Positions 37,745 through 46,958 of a stretch of DNA of 64,000 nucleotides are shown in pieces; within the stretch, counting starts at the first letter, position 1, and the number at the start of each line of letters is the position of its first letter. The position numbers and the translations under genes are program-made. Below the pieces are notes generated by a model. The model made no database searches. It was given only the letters and a program-made list of their open reading frames with translations, and was not told the DNA's origin. The DNA comes from a virus. The DNA is taken from IMG/VR virus record IMGVR_UViG_3300035698_012088, positions 32,001 through 96,000 of that record; one strand, given 5' to 3'.

Positions 37745-39639
37745 TATCTACCTACTATGAGGTCCAGAGCCTTTCTTCTGTTTTGGGAACTGTGTTCTTC
37801 AGGAGCCACAATAGGGCCAAAGACATTAGACCAAGAAGAGTTGAAGTCGTTCTTGAGTTCTGGGCTATTAGAAACCTGATGTAACTGCGACATATCTTTT
37901 GCTGTGATATCTCTATCTTTCCCTAGTACCCCAGAGATCCAATCAGAGTATTTACCTTTATCTGCTAAGATGGTATCTTGTAGTCCTCTGATGCCAGATC
38001 TCTTTCCTCTTCTTTCCAAGGCTTTCTCTATTCTAGTCCTTCCTTGGATGTGTTCTCTCATTTGTTTCATCTCAGGAGTTTTTTGGGCTGTAGCAATAAA
38101 GTTGTCCGCCAACCTATTATTTTGGAATCCTGCTTGTACAGAGATATTAGAGAACAATTGGTTTATTTTACTCAACTGTCCTCTCCTAGCAGAAGCATTA
38201 GCAAAAGGCTTAGAGTTAATATATTTCTCTACACCTGTTTGGGTTAACCCTCCCATAGATTTCATCTCTTCTATATCTTGGTAGTTATACCCTAGTTTCT
38301 TTAAAGCCTTTTCTCTTTGGCTAAGAAGCTTAGTAGCCTGGTGGGATAGGATATTCAAAGTCCCAGAACCCATAGCAGTATATTTCTTAGCTACATCAGA
38401 GTCTAAGTAGTTTCTAAGAGTATCTTTAGATAACCAGTCACTAGCAGGGAGTCTTCTATTTATAGCCCCCAAAAATCCCTTTACAGATCTGAAGTTTTTA
38501 CTATTCTTCTTAACATGGTCTACCATACTTTTGGCTCTCTTTTCTCCATATAGATCTGTCAAAGCAGCATAGGAGGTAGCTAAGAGCTGAGACCCTAAAC
38601 TATTACTGGATTGCTTTATCTTAGAGAAGAGAGAAGAATTAACTTGTCCCTTATCTAGGCCCCTCATATCTTGTCCCTTTCCTGCAGCTGCGGCCAAGAT
38701 AAAGTTCTGAGTATTGGCTAAAGCAGACTCCGGAGACCCTGTAGTAGCATAGATTTGCTTTGCTTGCCCCAATAGCTGTCCCATTTGCTCATCACTAATA
38801 CCTGCTATCTCTGCACTACCTCTAAGATTTCTAAACATTTCTACAGTCTTGTCCATACCTAATGTTTTGATAGGGTCAAATCCTAGTTTAGAGATAGCTG
38901 TTGGCATAGCTGCACCAGGAGGTACACCTAAGAAGTCTCCCATCTCTGAAGCTGCTTTAGTATACCCGGACATGCTTTTAAACAGACTCTCTTTTGCCTT
39001 CCTAGAAAAGTTACCTCTCCTATCAAAGCTATAAGGATCGCTAATAATATGATTAAAAGACCCATTCAAAAACTGTTGGAATATAACATTAGCTGCATCA
39101 GGGGCATTAATGGCTCCCATCTTGTTAGTATTCTTTGGGTTCATAAGGACATTAACAGTGTGATCCATAAAAGCTGAGGCTCTTCTGTTTCTAGCCATTG
39201 TAGCTCTTCCCGCTAATCCAGGAGCTACTATTGGAGAATACACCCCAGCCTTCCTCATAGTATCCTCAGCAGACTCTAGCATCTTGTCTACCCCATTAGC
39301 CTTAAGCATTCCCCAAGCTAACATAGACCCCATTGAGGGACCATAGGCTGCTTGTTCAGCTTCTTCAGGAGACATACCAAATCTTTGCTGGTTTATCTTA
39401 GTAGCTAGGTTGACTTGAAACTCTTTCATCTTCCTAGCAATAGGAGTCATGCTTCTTTCTATTTCTTTAGTTCTTAGAAAGTTTAGATACTGCTTCCCCA
39501 CATTTTGGGGTCCATAGAGACCACCCTTTCCAAAAGTGTCAGATCCTTCATCAGATGTTACCTGATTACCAGTTAATTTTGGAAGGAAGGCTCCCATGGC
39601 AGGGAAATATTGTTGAAGTACATCGCCTAATCCGGGCAT
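37744..39639 (-). CDS. Large helical Gly/Ala/Met/Lys-rich protein (tape-measure-like or internal virion protein)
   Basis: 631 aa; AAGGAG RBS; composition typical of ejected or ruler proteins. Confidence 0.45.
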   Translation of the reverse strand: MPGLGDVLQQYFPAMGAFLPKLTGNQVTSDEGSDTFGKGGLYGPQNVGKQYLNFLRTKEIERSMTPIARKMKEFQVNLATKINQQRFGMSPEEAEQAAYGPSMGSMLAWGMLKANGVDKMLESAEDTMRKAGVYSPIVAPGLAGRATMARNRRASAFMDHTVNVLMNPKNTNKMGAINAPDAANVIFQQFLNGSFNHIISDPYSFDRRGNFSRKAKESLFKSMSGYTKAASEMGDFLGVPPGAAMPTAISKLGFDPIKTLGMDKTVEMFRNLRGSAEIAGISDEQMGQLLGQAKQIYATTGSPESALANTQNFILAAAAGKGQDMRGLDKGQVNSSLFSKIKQSSNSLGSQLLATSYAALTDLYGEKRAKSMVDHVKKNSKNFRSVKGFLGAINRRLPASDWLSKDTLRNYLDSDVAKKYTAMGSGTLNILSHQATKLLSQREKALKKLGYNYQDIEEMKSMGGLTQTGVEKYINSKPFANASARRGQLSKINQLFSNISVQAGFQNNRLADNFIATAQKTPEMKQMREHIQGRTRIEKALERRGKRSGIRGLQDTILADKGKYSDWISGVLGKDRDITAKDMSQLHQVSNSPELKNDFNSSWSNVFGPIVAPEEHSSQNRRKALDLIVGR

Positions 39640-39651
39640 AGGGTCTTCTCC

Positions 39652-40677
39652 TTAAACTAGAGAATTGCAGAGAATATCTGCTTGTTTCTTGGATAGAGAA
39701 GCCGTCTTTTCAATGGCATCACTTGTGTTAGCTACATGAGCACCAAAGACGTTTTTGAATATATCTTTTACCAATGTACCTTGTTTTCTCAGAGCTTGTT
39801 TTGAAATCATCTGTCCATTAGCTAATATACAGGCTTCTTTCCTAAGGGTTTGAGAGTCCTGTAGAGTAACTGTGATGAGATCTCTCTCAGGGGCCTGGAA
39901 GCCATCATCATATCTGAGGTTAAGCCCATAGGCTCTATCAATAACATCTAAAGCAGCGGCAACCTTTTGTAAGACATCTGGAGAAATCAGGTCATCTTGA
40001 GCCTTTATAAAGGATCCCATCTTCTCAAATCTCTCTGAAATCTCTGGGTAGTCTCTTTTAAGGGCGAAGTGTCTCATCTGTATCACACCAAGAGCGTTCT
40101 CTTTTGTGGTAGTTCCCCAACCAGCAGTCTTTTGTAGATTTTGTTCTGCTTCTTTGCTAAAGACATTTACTTTACCTAAGAGCTGTTGAGCAACCTTCTG
40201 CCTTGTCTCATAGATATAGTTATCTGGGTGGCATATAATATCCATAGCGATCTTTTGTAAATGAGTAGGTTGGTCAACTTCCACTTCAGTAACCGCATCT
40301 CCATTAACAATATACTGAATAGTCTCAGCTTTTGATGCTTTTTTCTCAAAGGAGTCTTCTAACTGTTTCTGTAACTTTTCTCTTTCACCATCAAGTTCCC
40401 ACAATTTAGCAGCCTTTTCCAGAATCTTATCAATGGTCTTTTGTTGACCAAAGGCAGTACCATACTTAGAGAAGAAGGCCATGCTTAGATAGGTGTCTGC
40501 TTTTGTGTGAATAGGAAATTCTCTATTCTCTTGATCTGCAAAAGATCTAGTAGGTAATTCTTTAACATCCTCTTCACTAGATAGTTCTGCTTTCTTAAGA
40601 AACTCTGGAAACTCAATCTGACTATATAAAGCATATAGTCTCTGGTGGTTCTTGTCGTTGATATGATCTGACATCAT
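39652..40677 (-). CDS. Putative prohead-associated protein with repeated K-x-A motifs
   Basis: TAAGGAG RBS; LPTRSFADQENREFPIH resembles a DUF6582-type motif; 12 K-x-A sites. Confidence 0.5.
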   Translation of the reverse strand: MMSDHINDKNHQRLYALYSQIEFPEFLKKAELSSEEDVKELPTRSFADQENREFPIHTKADTYLSMAFFSKYGTAFGQQKTIDKILEKAAKLWELDGEREKLQKQLEDSFEKKASKAETIQYIVNGDAVTEVEVDQPTHLQKIAMDIICHPDNYIYETRQKVAQQLLGKVNVFSKEAEQNLQKTAGWGTTTKENALGVIQMRHFALKRDYPEISERFEKMGSFIKAQDDLISPDVLQKVAAALDVIDRAYGLNLRYDDGFQAPERDLITVTLQDSQTLRKEACILANGQMISKQALRKQGTLVKDIFKNVFGAHVANTSDAIEKTASLSKKQADILCNSLV

Positions 40678-40767
40678 AATCTCCTTATATGGGTGTATTA
40701 TTTAAACTTACAACTACACTTATACAATATACACCTCTTTTAGTACTATTTCTAAAGAGTTATAGTT

Positions 40768-40796
40768 TTGTAAAAGATCTAGGTGGGTTGTATATT
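40768..40796 (+). promoter_or_regulatory. Sigma70-like promoter in divergent intergenic region
   Basis: TTGTAA-17 bp-TATATT; an opposing TAGAAA-17 bp-TATATT lies on the minus strand at about 40726-40754. Confidence 0.45.
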
Positions 40797-40866
40797 TACT
40801 GTATAATATACATCCTCTTGTCTCAAAAAGAATTAGCGAGTCGATTCATACTCAGGAATTTACCAA

Positions 40867-41634
40867 ATGATAGATAGAATTGTGCAACAGTATTCCTCCA
40901 CTCCCTCTAGTTTAAGAAAGACTGCCCTAGCAGTAATACATAAAGATCTCAGCTGGTTAGAGAAGATATCTAAGCTGTATAAAGATATGAACATTAGTAT
41001 GAAAACCTATACCTCAGATAGTTTGGAGAGGTTTAAAGAGGATGCAATGTATTTTGATGTTGTATTGATAGGAGAAGAAGAGGAGACTACGGGGCAGGAT
41101 ACAATTAAGAGTATTCTATCTAAGCAGTATAGAGGTATGGCCTATCTGATAACAGATATAGATACAGAAACAAAGTACAGTATCAAAAAAGAGTCTTTGT
41201 TAGAGGACCCCTGTCAAATATTATCAACAACTATGAACTTGGAAAAGCTTAGAAGCCTTACAGAGAGATTACCTAAAATAGACACTATGTCTACTGAATT
41301 AGAAGGTAACACAAAGAGATTGATGGAGGGATGGGCTCTACCTTGGGTAGCCCTATTAAATCAACCCTCCTGTGGGATTGTTCACGCACATCACACCAAA
41401 GGAGACACTCAGAAAGGGTACCATGTAGAATCAAAGGTGGCTATTGTTTTAATCCGTGGCCACATAGAGTTTGATACTAGTCAGGATGGTTTTCTAACTC
41501 ATTATTCCTTAATGCCCGGGGATGTAGCAGTTATACCACCTGGCTCTAACCACCATACTATGACATGGTTAGAAAACGGTGAGTCACTCTTTATAAGTTT
41601 GCCTTGCTGGGAAGGAACCCCCAAGGTTAAATAA
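40867..41634 (+). CDS. Degenerate receiver-like domain fused to cupin-like domain
   Basis: FDVVLIG.....G.D.I...AYLIT; HAHH...LIRGHIEF...LMPGDVAVIPPGSNH. Confidence 0.5.
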   Translation: MIDRIVQQYSSTPSSLRKTALAVIHKDLSWLEKISKLYKDMNISMKTYTSDSLERFKEDAMYFDVVLIGEEEETTGQDTIKSILSKQYRGMAYLITDIDTETKYSIKKESLLEDPCQILSTTMNLEKLRSLTERLPKIDTMSTELEGNTKRLMEGWALPWVALLNQPSCGIVHAHHTKGDTQKGYHVESKVAIVLIRGHIEFDTSQDGFLTHYSLMPGDVAVIPPGSNHHTMTWLENGESLFISLPCWEGTPKVK

Positions 41635-41635
41635 T

Positions 41636-42058
41636 ATGAGCAATGTTGGATGGACTGAATGGTCAAAATATGTACTTATTGAATTGGAGAGACTGAATGT
41701 TGATATGAAGGCTCTGGACAATAGACTAGACCATATTATCTTAGATACAACCAAAACCGAGATTCAAAAAGAAGCAGAGATTACCGAGATAAGAAAAGAT
41801 ATCGATATAGTACAAGACACTATACGCAATATCAAGAAAGAGCTTAAATTAGCCCAAGAGAGTCAAATATCTATAGCTGAGGTTAGAGGGCAATTAAGTG
41901 TTTGGGTAAAGGTTTGGTTAGCTATACTTAGTTTCTTAGTATTAGCAACTATAACTAAGATCTGGTCAACACCTTCTGGGTTAGAGGTTCAACCTAAAGA
42001 TGTACTGGAATTCTTAAGGGGATCTCACCCAGCTTCAAAAGTACCTAATGGTAATTGA
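41636..42058 (+). CDS. Coiled-coil protein with single C-terminal TM helix (holin-like)
   Basis: GWTEWSKYVLIELERL, heptads, VWLAILSFLVLATI. Confidence 0.45.
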   Translation: MSNVGWTEWSKYVLIELERLNVDMKALDNRLDHIILDTTKTEIQKEAEITEIRKDIDIVQDTIRNIKKELKLAQESQISIAEVRGQLSVWVKVWLAILSFLVLATITKIWSTPSGLEVQPKDVLEFLRGSHPASKVPNGN

Positions 42059-42761
42059 TAAATATATAGAAGAATTCAATCTCGAGCCTTTTACATTCCT
42101 TAGAAAGAAGATATACAAAGGCACATGTAAGTTCTGTGCTCAAGATACTCTCCTAGCCTTCCCTAAACTGAACAATGTATGGTCTTTTTGTCCTGAGTGT
42201 TCCTTGGGGTGTAGTTTAGAAAAGATTACAGATAGGAAGACCTATACCTCCTTAAAGGAAAAGCTTTGGTCCCACTATCTAAAGTCTTTAGAACTATTCT
42301 CTATATACACCATACCTCATAACCTCTTGTCTCAACTAGGTCTCTCCTCTGATGTAGAAGATCCCTTTAGACAACACTTAGCTAATGGAGTGGTAGCATA
42401 TGTTCCATCTTTTGCTCAATTCACCAAAGGTCTAAGGGATTACCACATAAATGTGTCATGTAGAGGACTGTCTAAACAGAAAAGACATGAACCTGCCTTA
42501 TTGATACCTAGATGTACCTCTCCTGGTATGATATTTGGGTATGAAGTAGTACACTCAGAGGGTATCTACACCCTATCTCTCCCCCAGTACACTCCATCTG
42601 AACCTATTAAAATATACCTCTCTGTGCACCTTGGGGCTAAGACTCTCTACTTTAACTCAATAGAAGAGGCCTTCCAGGAGATGAGACCTATCATCTTAGG
42701 GGATCCTACAAAGTACACTGTAGTGGTTAGGCCGACCAATCCTCAACAGTCAAAGTCCTAG
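42048..42761 (+). CDS. Zn-ribbon protein, possibly a degenerate primase-like protein
   Basis: CKFC...CPEC; ALLIP....PG.I.G; no intact TOPRIM acidic motifs seen. Confidence 0.4.
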   Translation: MVIDKYIEEFNLEPFTFLRKKIYKGTCKFCAQDTLLAFPKLNNVWSFCPECSLGCSLEKITDRKTYTSLKEKLWSHYLKSLELFSIYTIPHNLLSQLGLSSDVEDPFRQHLANGVVAYVPSFAQFTKGLRDYHINVSCRGLSKQKRHEPALLIPRCTSPGMIFGYEVVHSEGIYTLSLPQYTPSEPIKIYLSVHLGAKTLYFNSIEEAFQEMRPIILGDPTKYTVVVRPTNPQQSKS

Positions 42762-44490
42762 GAGTAATACTCTTCAGGTCTTCAGCTGTTAATCTGATGT
42801 TCTCAGCTTCAGCTAAATTGGGATACTTCTGCATAGTGTGCCAAATGCTACTACACATGTAATTTATAGCATGTGCAAGGTCATCTGACTTCTTAGGTTT
42901 CTTTTGGATGAAGATTATATCAGATCCTCTAGGTCTTTCCTGTCTATCCTCATACAAATGGACCCAATCCAGCAAAAGGGACACTTCTTTGCCCCCTAGA
43001 GACATATATTGCATTGTTTCCCATCTAGGGAACTTGATCTTCCCTGCCTTGATCATTGTGGACGTTACAATGAGGCTTCTAGCCTTATCAAGGGAATAGC
43101 TGTGTCTATACCCGGATTTAGGTGGATTGTAGCTTATAATAGCCTTATTCGCACTGCAAACATAGGTAAACGGCACCATCTTCTCATATGGAACCCCTGC
43201 TTGGAGTAAAAGTGTCTCTCTGAGGGCTCCTGCACCCCCATAATCATGTGCAACGAACTTAGGTTTGAACTTTTTGAACAATTCTAGGATATATTTGGTC
43301 TCTATATGGGGTTCTAGGCTCTTATTAGTCTTAGTTGCATAGATACATTCCACTATATCCTGCCCAGGTCTCACTCCACCTATGGCTACAGCAGTATAAG
43401 AGTCACTTTCTTCTCCTCCTCCTCCCCAGTCAATGCCCATAGTGAGGATTTTGAAGTCTTTTGCGACCTCTAAAGCCTTCTCTATGGTATTATCTTCCCC
43501 ACATGCCGCTTCTTGTAGCTGGGATTGGGTGATTAATTGCTCAGCAGAGTCACATTCTACCCCTAATATCTCATTATAGAACTTAGATTGGCTATAAACA
43601 CGCCTTTTATACAGTAATTCGTCCCATTTAGCCGGGAAATTGTAGTGAAGAGGGTGAGTTATCTGTGAAACATGGTACCCAACAAAGGTAGATCTCTTGT
43701 CTGGGAACTTATGTACATACTGACCGAACTCACAGTTGAGAGGTTTGCCACATTTACAGCAAATACAGGTCTTTTTACCTATCATATTGAGTAAATCGTG
43801 TTCAATATCGGGTATATTGTACTTATTACAGTGTTGACATTGTACAATCCACTCTGCTTGAGAGGAATCATTCCATAATTCAGTCAATGTGTTGTCTAAT
43901 GTCTTAGGTGTGCCTGTGAAATTAAGGAAACCTAGGTCTTCTACAGCTGATGTTACCTCAGTTATAACAGGAATGAAGTCCCAATTGATGTCCTGAGCCT
44001 CATCGAAGTACAAATCTTGTATTGCAGAGATACCACGTACTCTATCTGCATCAAGGAAGGCATAGGAGAAGTACTGAATTGACCTATTTAGGTAGGTTCT
44101 CTGCAAAACTGAGGACTCACAGGTCTTATCATGGAAACAATCTTTGAATTCCGACTCCTCAATGAACTCTTTTACCACGTCATTGCTTAATCTCTTAGAT
44201 TGTTCAAATCTTGGCAGTACAAATAGGCTTCTAAACTTGGGTATTGCCCAAGAGGAGATTATATTCTTACCACATACATTTTGAGTCTTACCAACCTGCC
44301 TAGCACATTTGAGGACCATTCTCTTAGGTCGGACTAGGGAAAAGATAGGCTCAAACTGAAAATGTTTTCTCAAATTGTAGGGTGTACCCCTTAAATTGAG
44401 CAAAATCATTAAAGGAATTAATGTCTTGCAATCTGTGTCTTGATAGATTTTGGCTATTTTACCAAAATATTCATCGGCCTTATTAGTCAT
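42727..44490 (-). CDS. terL: Terminase large subunit (GpA-like)
   Basis: Walker A KCARQVGKT, Walker B LYFDEAQD, FTGTPK, CxxC Zn insert, nuclease MGIDWG and DDLAHA; start moved to ATG 44490. Confidence 0.9.
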   Translation of the reverse strand: MTNKADEYFGKIAKIYQDTDCKTLIPLMILLNLRGTPYNLRKHFQFEPIFSLVRPKRMVLKCARQVGKTQNVCGKNIISSWAIPKFRSLFVLPRFEQSKRLSNDVVKEFIEESEFKDCFHDKTCESSVLQRTYLNRSIQYFSYAFLDADRVRGISAIQDLYFDEAQDINWDFIPVITEVTSAVEDLGFLNFTGTPKTLDNTLTELWNDSSQAEWIVQCQHCNKYNIPDIEHDLLNMIGKKTCICCKCGKPLNCEFGQYVHKFPDKRSTFVGYHVSQITHPLHYNFPAKWDELLYKRRVYSQSKFYNEILGVECDSAEQLITQSQLQEAACGEDNTIEKALEVAKDFKILTMGIDWGGGGEESDSYTAVAIGGVRPGQDIVECIYATKTNKSLEPHIETKYILELFKKFKPKFVAHDYGGAGALRETLLLQAGVPYEKMVPFTYVCSANKAIISYNPPKSGYRHSYSLDKARSLIVTSTMIKAGKIKFPRWETMQYMSLGGKEVSLLLDWVHLYEDRQERPRGSDIIFIQKKPKKSDDLAHAINYMCSSIWHTMQKYPNLAEAENIRLTAEDLKSITPRTLTVEDWSA

Positions 44491-44860
44491 GTGTTTACAC
44501 CTTAAATACCCTTGTTTTTGTGGCATAATATAATGTACTGCTATGGGATCTACAAAACAAGATCCACTTTTTTGTCAACACTAACCGTGTTTTTTTTGCG
44601 CTATCTGAGATAAAGGATAGCTATATTTACTGTACAACAACAGCAAATGTAGTAAATCTTTTACTTAGATCAAGCTCAGAAAACAAGGTCAGTTGGATAC
44701 TGGTCCCAACTAAACTATTATTTTTCTTAGCTATAACTTGAAAAACAACTAAATACCCCAACAAGCTCCAGCTACCCAAAAACTCTAAACTTATTTGTAA
44801 AAATTTATAAGTAAACAAGTATAAGAGAGTATCGAGATTAAACTGGGAGCCATATAATAA

Positions 44861-45067
44861 ATGGTAGAATTTGAAGACGACACAATAGAAAGGGCTGCTT
44901 TATTAAAGGCAGGATTGAAGGTCTCTAATAAAAAATATAAAAAAAGATATAACAAATATGCAGAGAAAGTCAATAACAGAAAAAGCACCAAAAGACCCAA
45001 ACAAACTAAAAATCCATTCAAAACCGCAATACATAAGATATGCAGAATCCTCGTTAAGTTGAAGTAA
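44861..45067 (+). CDS. Small basic hypothetical protein
   Basis: 68-aa Lys-rich ORF; GGGAG upstream. Confidence 0.4.
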   Translation: MVEFEDDTIERAALLKAGLKVSNKKYKKRYNKYAEKVNNRKSTKRPKQTKNPFKTAIHKICRILVKLK

Positions 45068-45082
45068 CAATAGGAGAAAGAT

Positions 45083-46141
45083 ATGATAGCGGTATCAGCC
45101 GACTTGCACCTTGGACACTGTCTGAGAAAGAGTATCAAAGAGCTAAAAAATGATAGTTATGTTTTTTTGCAAATGTTTCTGGACAAGCTACTACAATTGA
45201 GGAGGCAGTACAATATCACCTCACTTGTGTTAGCTGGAGACATTTTCGATAAAAGAACCATTGACGGCAAAGCACTCAAAAACTTCACAAACTTTATAGA
45301 CCAACTACACCAAGTAGGAATCAAGACTTATACCATACAAGGTAATCATGACAAAGGTGAGATATCCATTCCCGATATTGAAGGGGGATATAACCTGCAT
45401 GACACTCTATTGGAAATTGATGGACACACTCTTTTTGGCCTTGACTCTATGTCAGCTGAAGACCTTAAAGAGAAGTTGACCACAGTTCCTAAATGTGACT
45501 TTCTTGTACTCCACGCACCATTTCAACACCTATTGGGGTTTGAAGGTGCCTATGATATATCACTTGAGGATATCCCAAAACAAGCCAAGAATGTACTTGT
45601 AGGGGATGTTCACACAGTTGATATCACTAAATTCAAACACAAAGATGGATACTGTCTCAGCCCAGGAGCACTATTTCCTTGTAACATATCTCAAGGAAAC
45701 AACCACGGTTTCTACCTCATTGGAGGGAAGGAGCCCGAGTTTGTGAGACTGGATGTTAGAAAGGTATTCATACATAAAATATACACTAAAAAAGACATCG
45801 ACCCGATTAGGAAAATATTGAAAGATAATATGAATGAGCAGATGAAACCAGTAGCAGAGCTTCGATACCCAGTAGATATGATGGAGTCAGTCAACAAATT
45901 GAAGACTGATTTCATCTCTAAGTATATCCTTTTAGATAAGGTGTGCTCAAATCTAGATGGAGTTAACTCTCTAGCAGAACTGGATGAAGTATATGATAAA
46001 GCCACTCTATCAGAATTGCTTAAATTTGCAATAGATGGAGAGAAAGAACCCGAAGTATTTACATTTCTAAAAGAACTATTAGACTCAGATAGTCCAGGAG
46101 AGATTATCGAAACAAAACTAGAGGAATACGCAGTGACATGA
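45083..46141 (+). CDS. sbcD: SbcD/Mre11-like metallophosphoesterase nuclease
   Basis: ADLHLG, AGDIFD, QGNHD, VLH, GDVH, SPG. Confidence 0.9.
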   Translation: MIAVSADLHLGHCLRKSIKELKNDSYVFLQMFLDKLLQLRRQYNITSLVLAGDIFDKRTIDGKALKNFTNFIDQLHQVGIKTYTIQGNHDKGEISIPDIEGGYNLHDTLLEIDGHTLFGLDSMSAEDLKEKLTTVPKCDFLVLHAPFQHLLGFEGAYDISLEDIPKQAKNVLVGDVHTVDITKFKHKDGYCLSPGALFPCNISQGNNHGFYLIGGKEPEFVRLDVRKVFIHKIYTKKDIDPIRKILKDNMNEQMKPVAELRYPVDMMESVNKLKTDFISKYILLDKVCSNLDGVNSLAELDEVYDKATLSELLKFAIDGEKEPEVFTFLKELLDSDSPGEIIETKLEEYAVT

Positions 46142-46935
46142 CAGTTAATGAAGTTTTACGTAAAACAAGATATGTGTCAGATACCCCATGCAGAGTATGG
46201 GTACCCGGCTCGATAAATTCAAATGAAGTAGAAGCCCTATCCTATGGGTATTCCAGAAACTACGCCGTTGTAGTATATAGATCAGACCCTTATACCTTAA
46301 AAGCTATAAGAGCAGATATATCAGATTTTATTAATAGAGATCACCCTAGTGTACATGAGATTCCTGTATCCAGGGCAGAAGAAGTACTAGGGTGGCCAGA
46401 TTTCTTTAGAGTACAGGTATTAAATAAAGAGGCACATATAGTAAACCTTAGACCTTCAAAGCAATTACCTGTTGTAGGTAAATATGTAGGCTTTTCCTTC
46501 ACCTATGGGTCAGTCCATGAGGGCCGTCCATTTTTCATGGTATTGAGACAATATAAGAATGGCAAGATAAAAATAGAGACTTACTTACCTAGGCAGAAAA
46601 TGCCTGTGTTGCCAGGGGGCAAGAAATTGTTGGGTTATTCCTATGTTAGTTCCCAGATAGATGAAGAAGTATTTACTCAGGTAGAAGAAGCTATAACAGC
46701 TAAGCTACCAGAGTATGGGCTCTTTATAGACCAAAAGATTAACAAGTTCAAAGGAACTAGAGACAATAAAACATTTTACAACTTTATACATGGCCCAGAT
46801 ATGGTAAGAGCTAAACCCGGTGATCACTATTATGCACGTGGCAACAGATATCCTTATGTGGTGGTTCCTATCTTAGAGGCATCAGAAGAAGTACAAGACA
46901 AATTATCTTTACAGGTAGTATGCGGTGAGATATGA
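46138..46935 (+). CDS. Hypothetical protein between sbcD and sbcC
   Basis: ATGA overlap; ends LSLQVVCGEI. Confidence 0.65.
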   Translation: MTVNEVLRKTRYVSDTPCRVWVPGSINSNEVEALSYGYSRNYAVVVYRSDPYTLKAIRADISDFINRDHPSVHEIPVSRAEEVLGWPDFFRVQVLNKEAHIVNLRPSKQLPVVGKYVGFSFTYGSVHEGRPFFMVLRQYKNGKIKIETYLPRQKMPVLPGGKKLLGYSYVSSQIDEEVFTQVEEAITAKLPEYGLFIDQKINKFKGTRDNKTFYNFIHGPDMVRAKPGDHYYARGNRYPYVVVPILEASEEVQDKLSLQVVCGEI

Positions 46936-46958
46936 AGAAATATTCAAGGAGGTAGATT

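Noticed and set aside
44627-45138. Minus-strand hydrophobic ORFs upstream of the terminase (possible small terminase or membrane proteins)
   Set aside because: Explained as reverse complements of A-rich plus-strand sequence; no motifs
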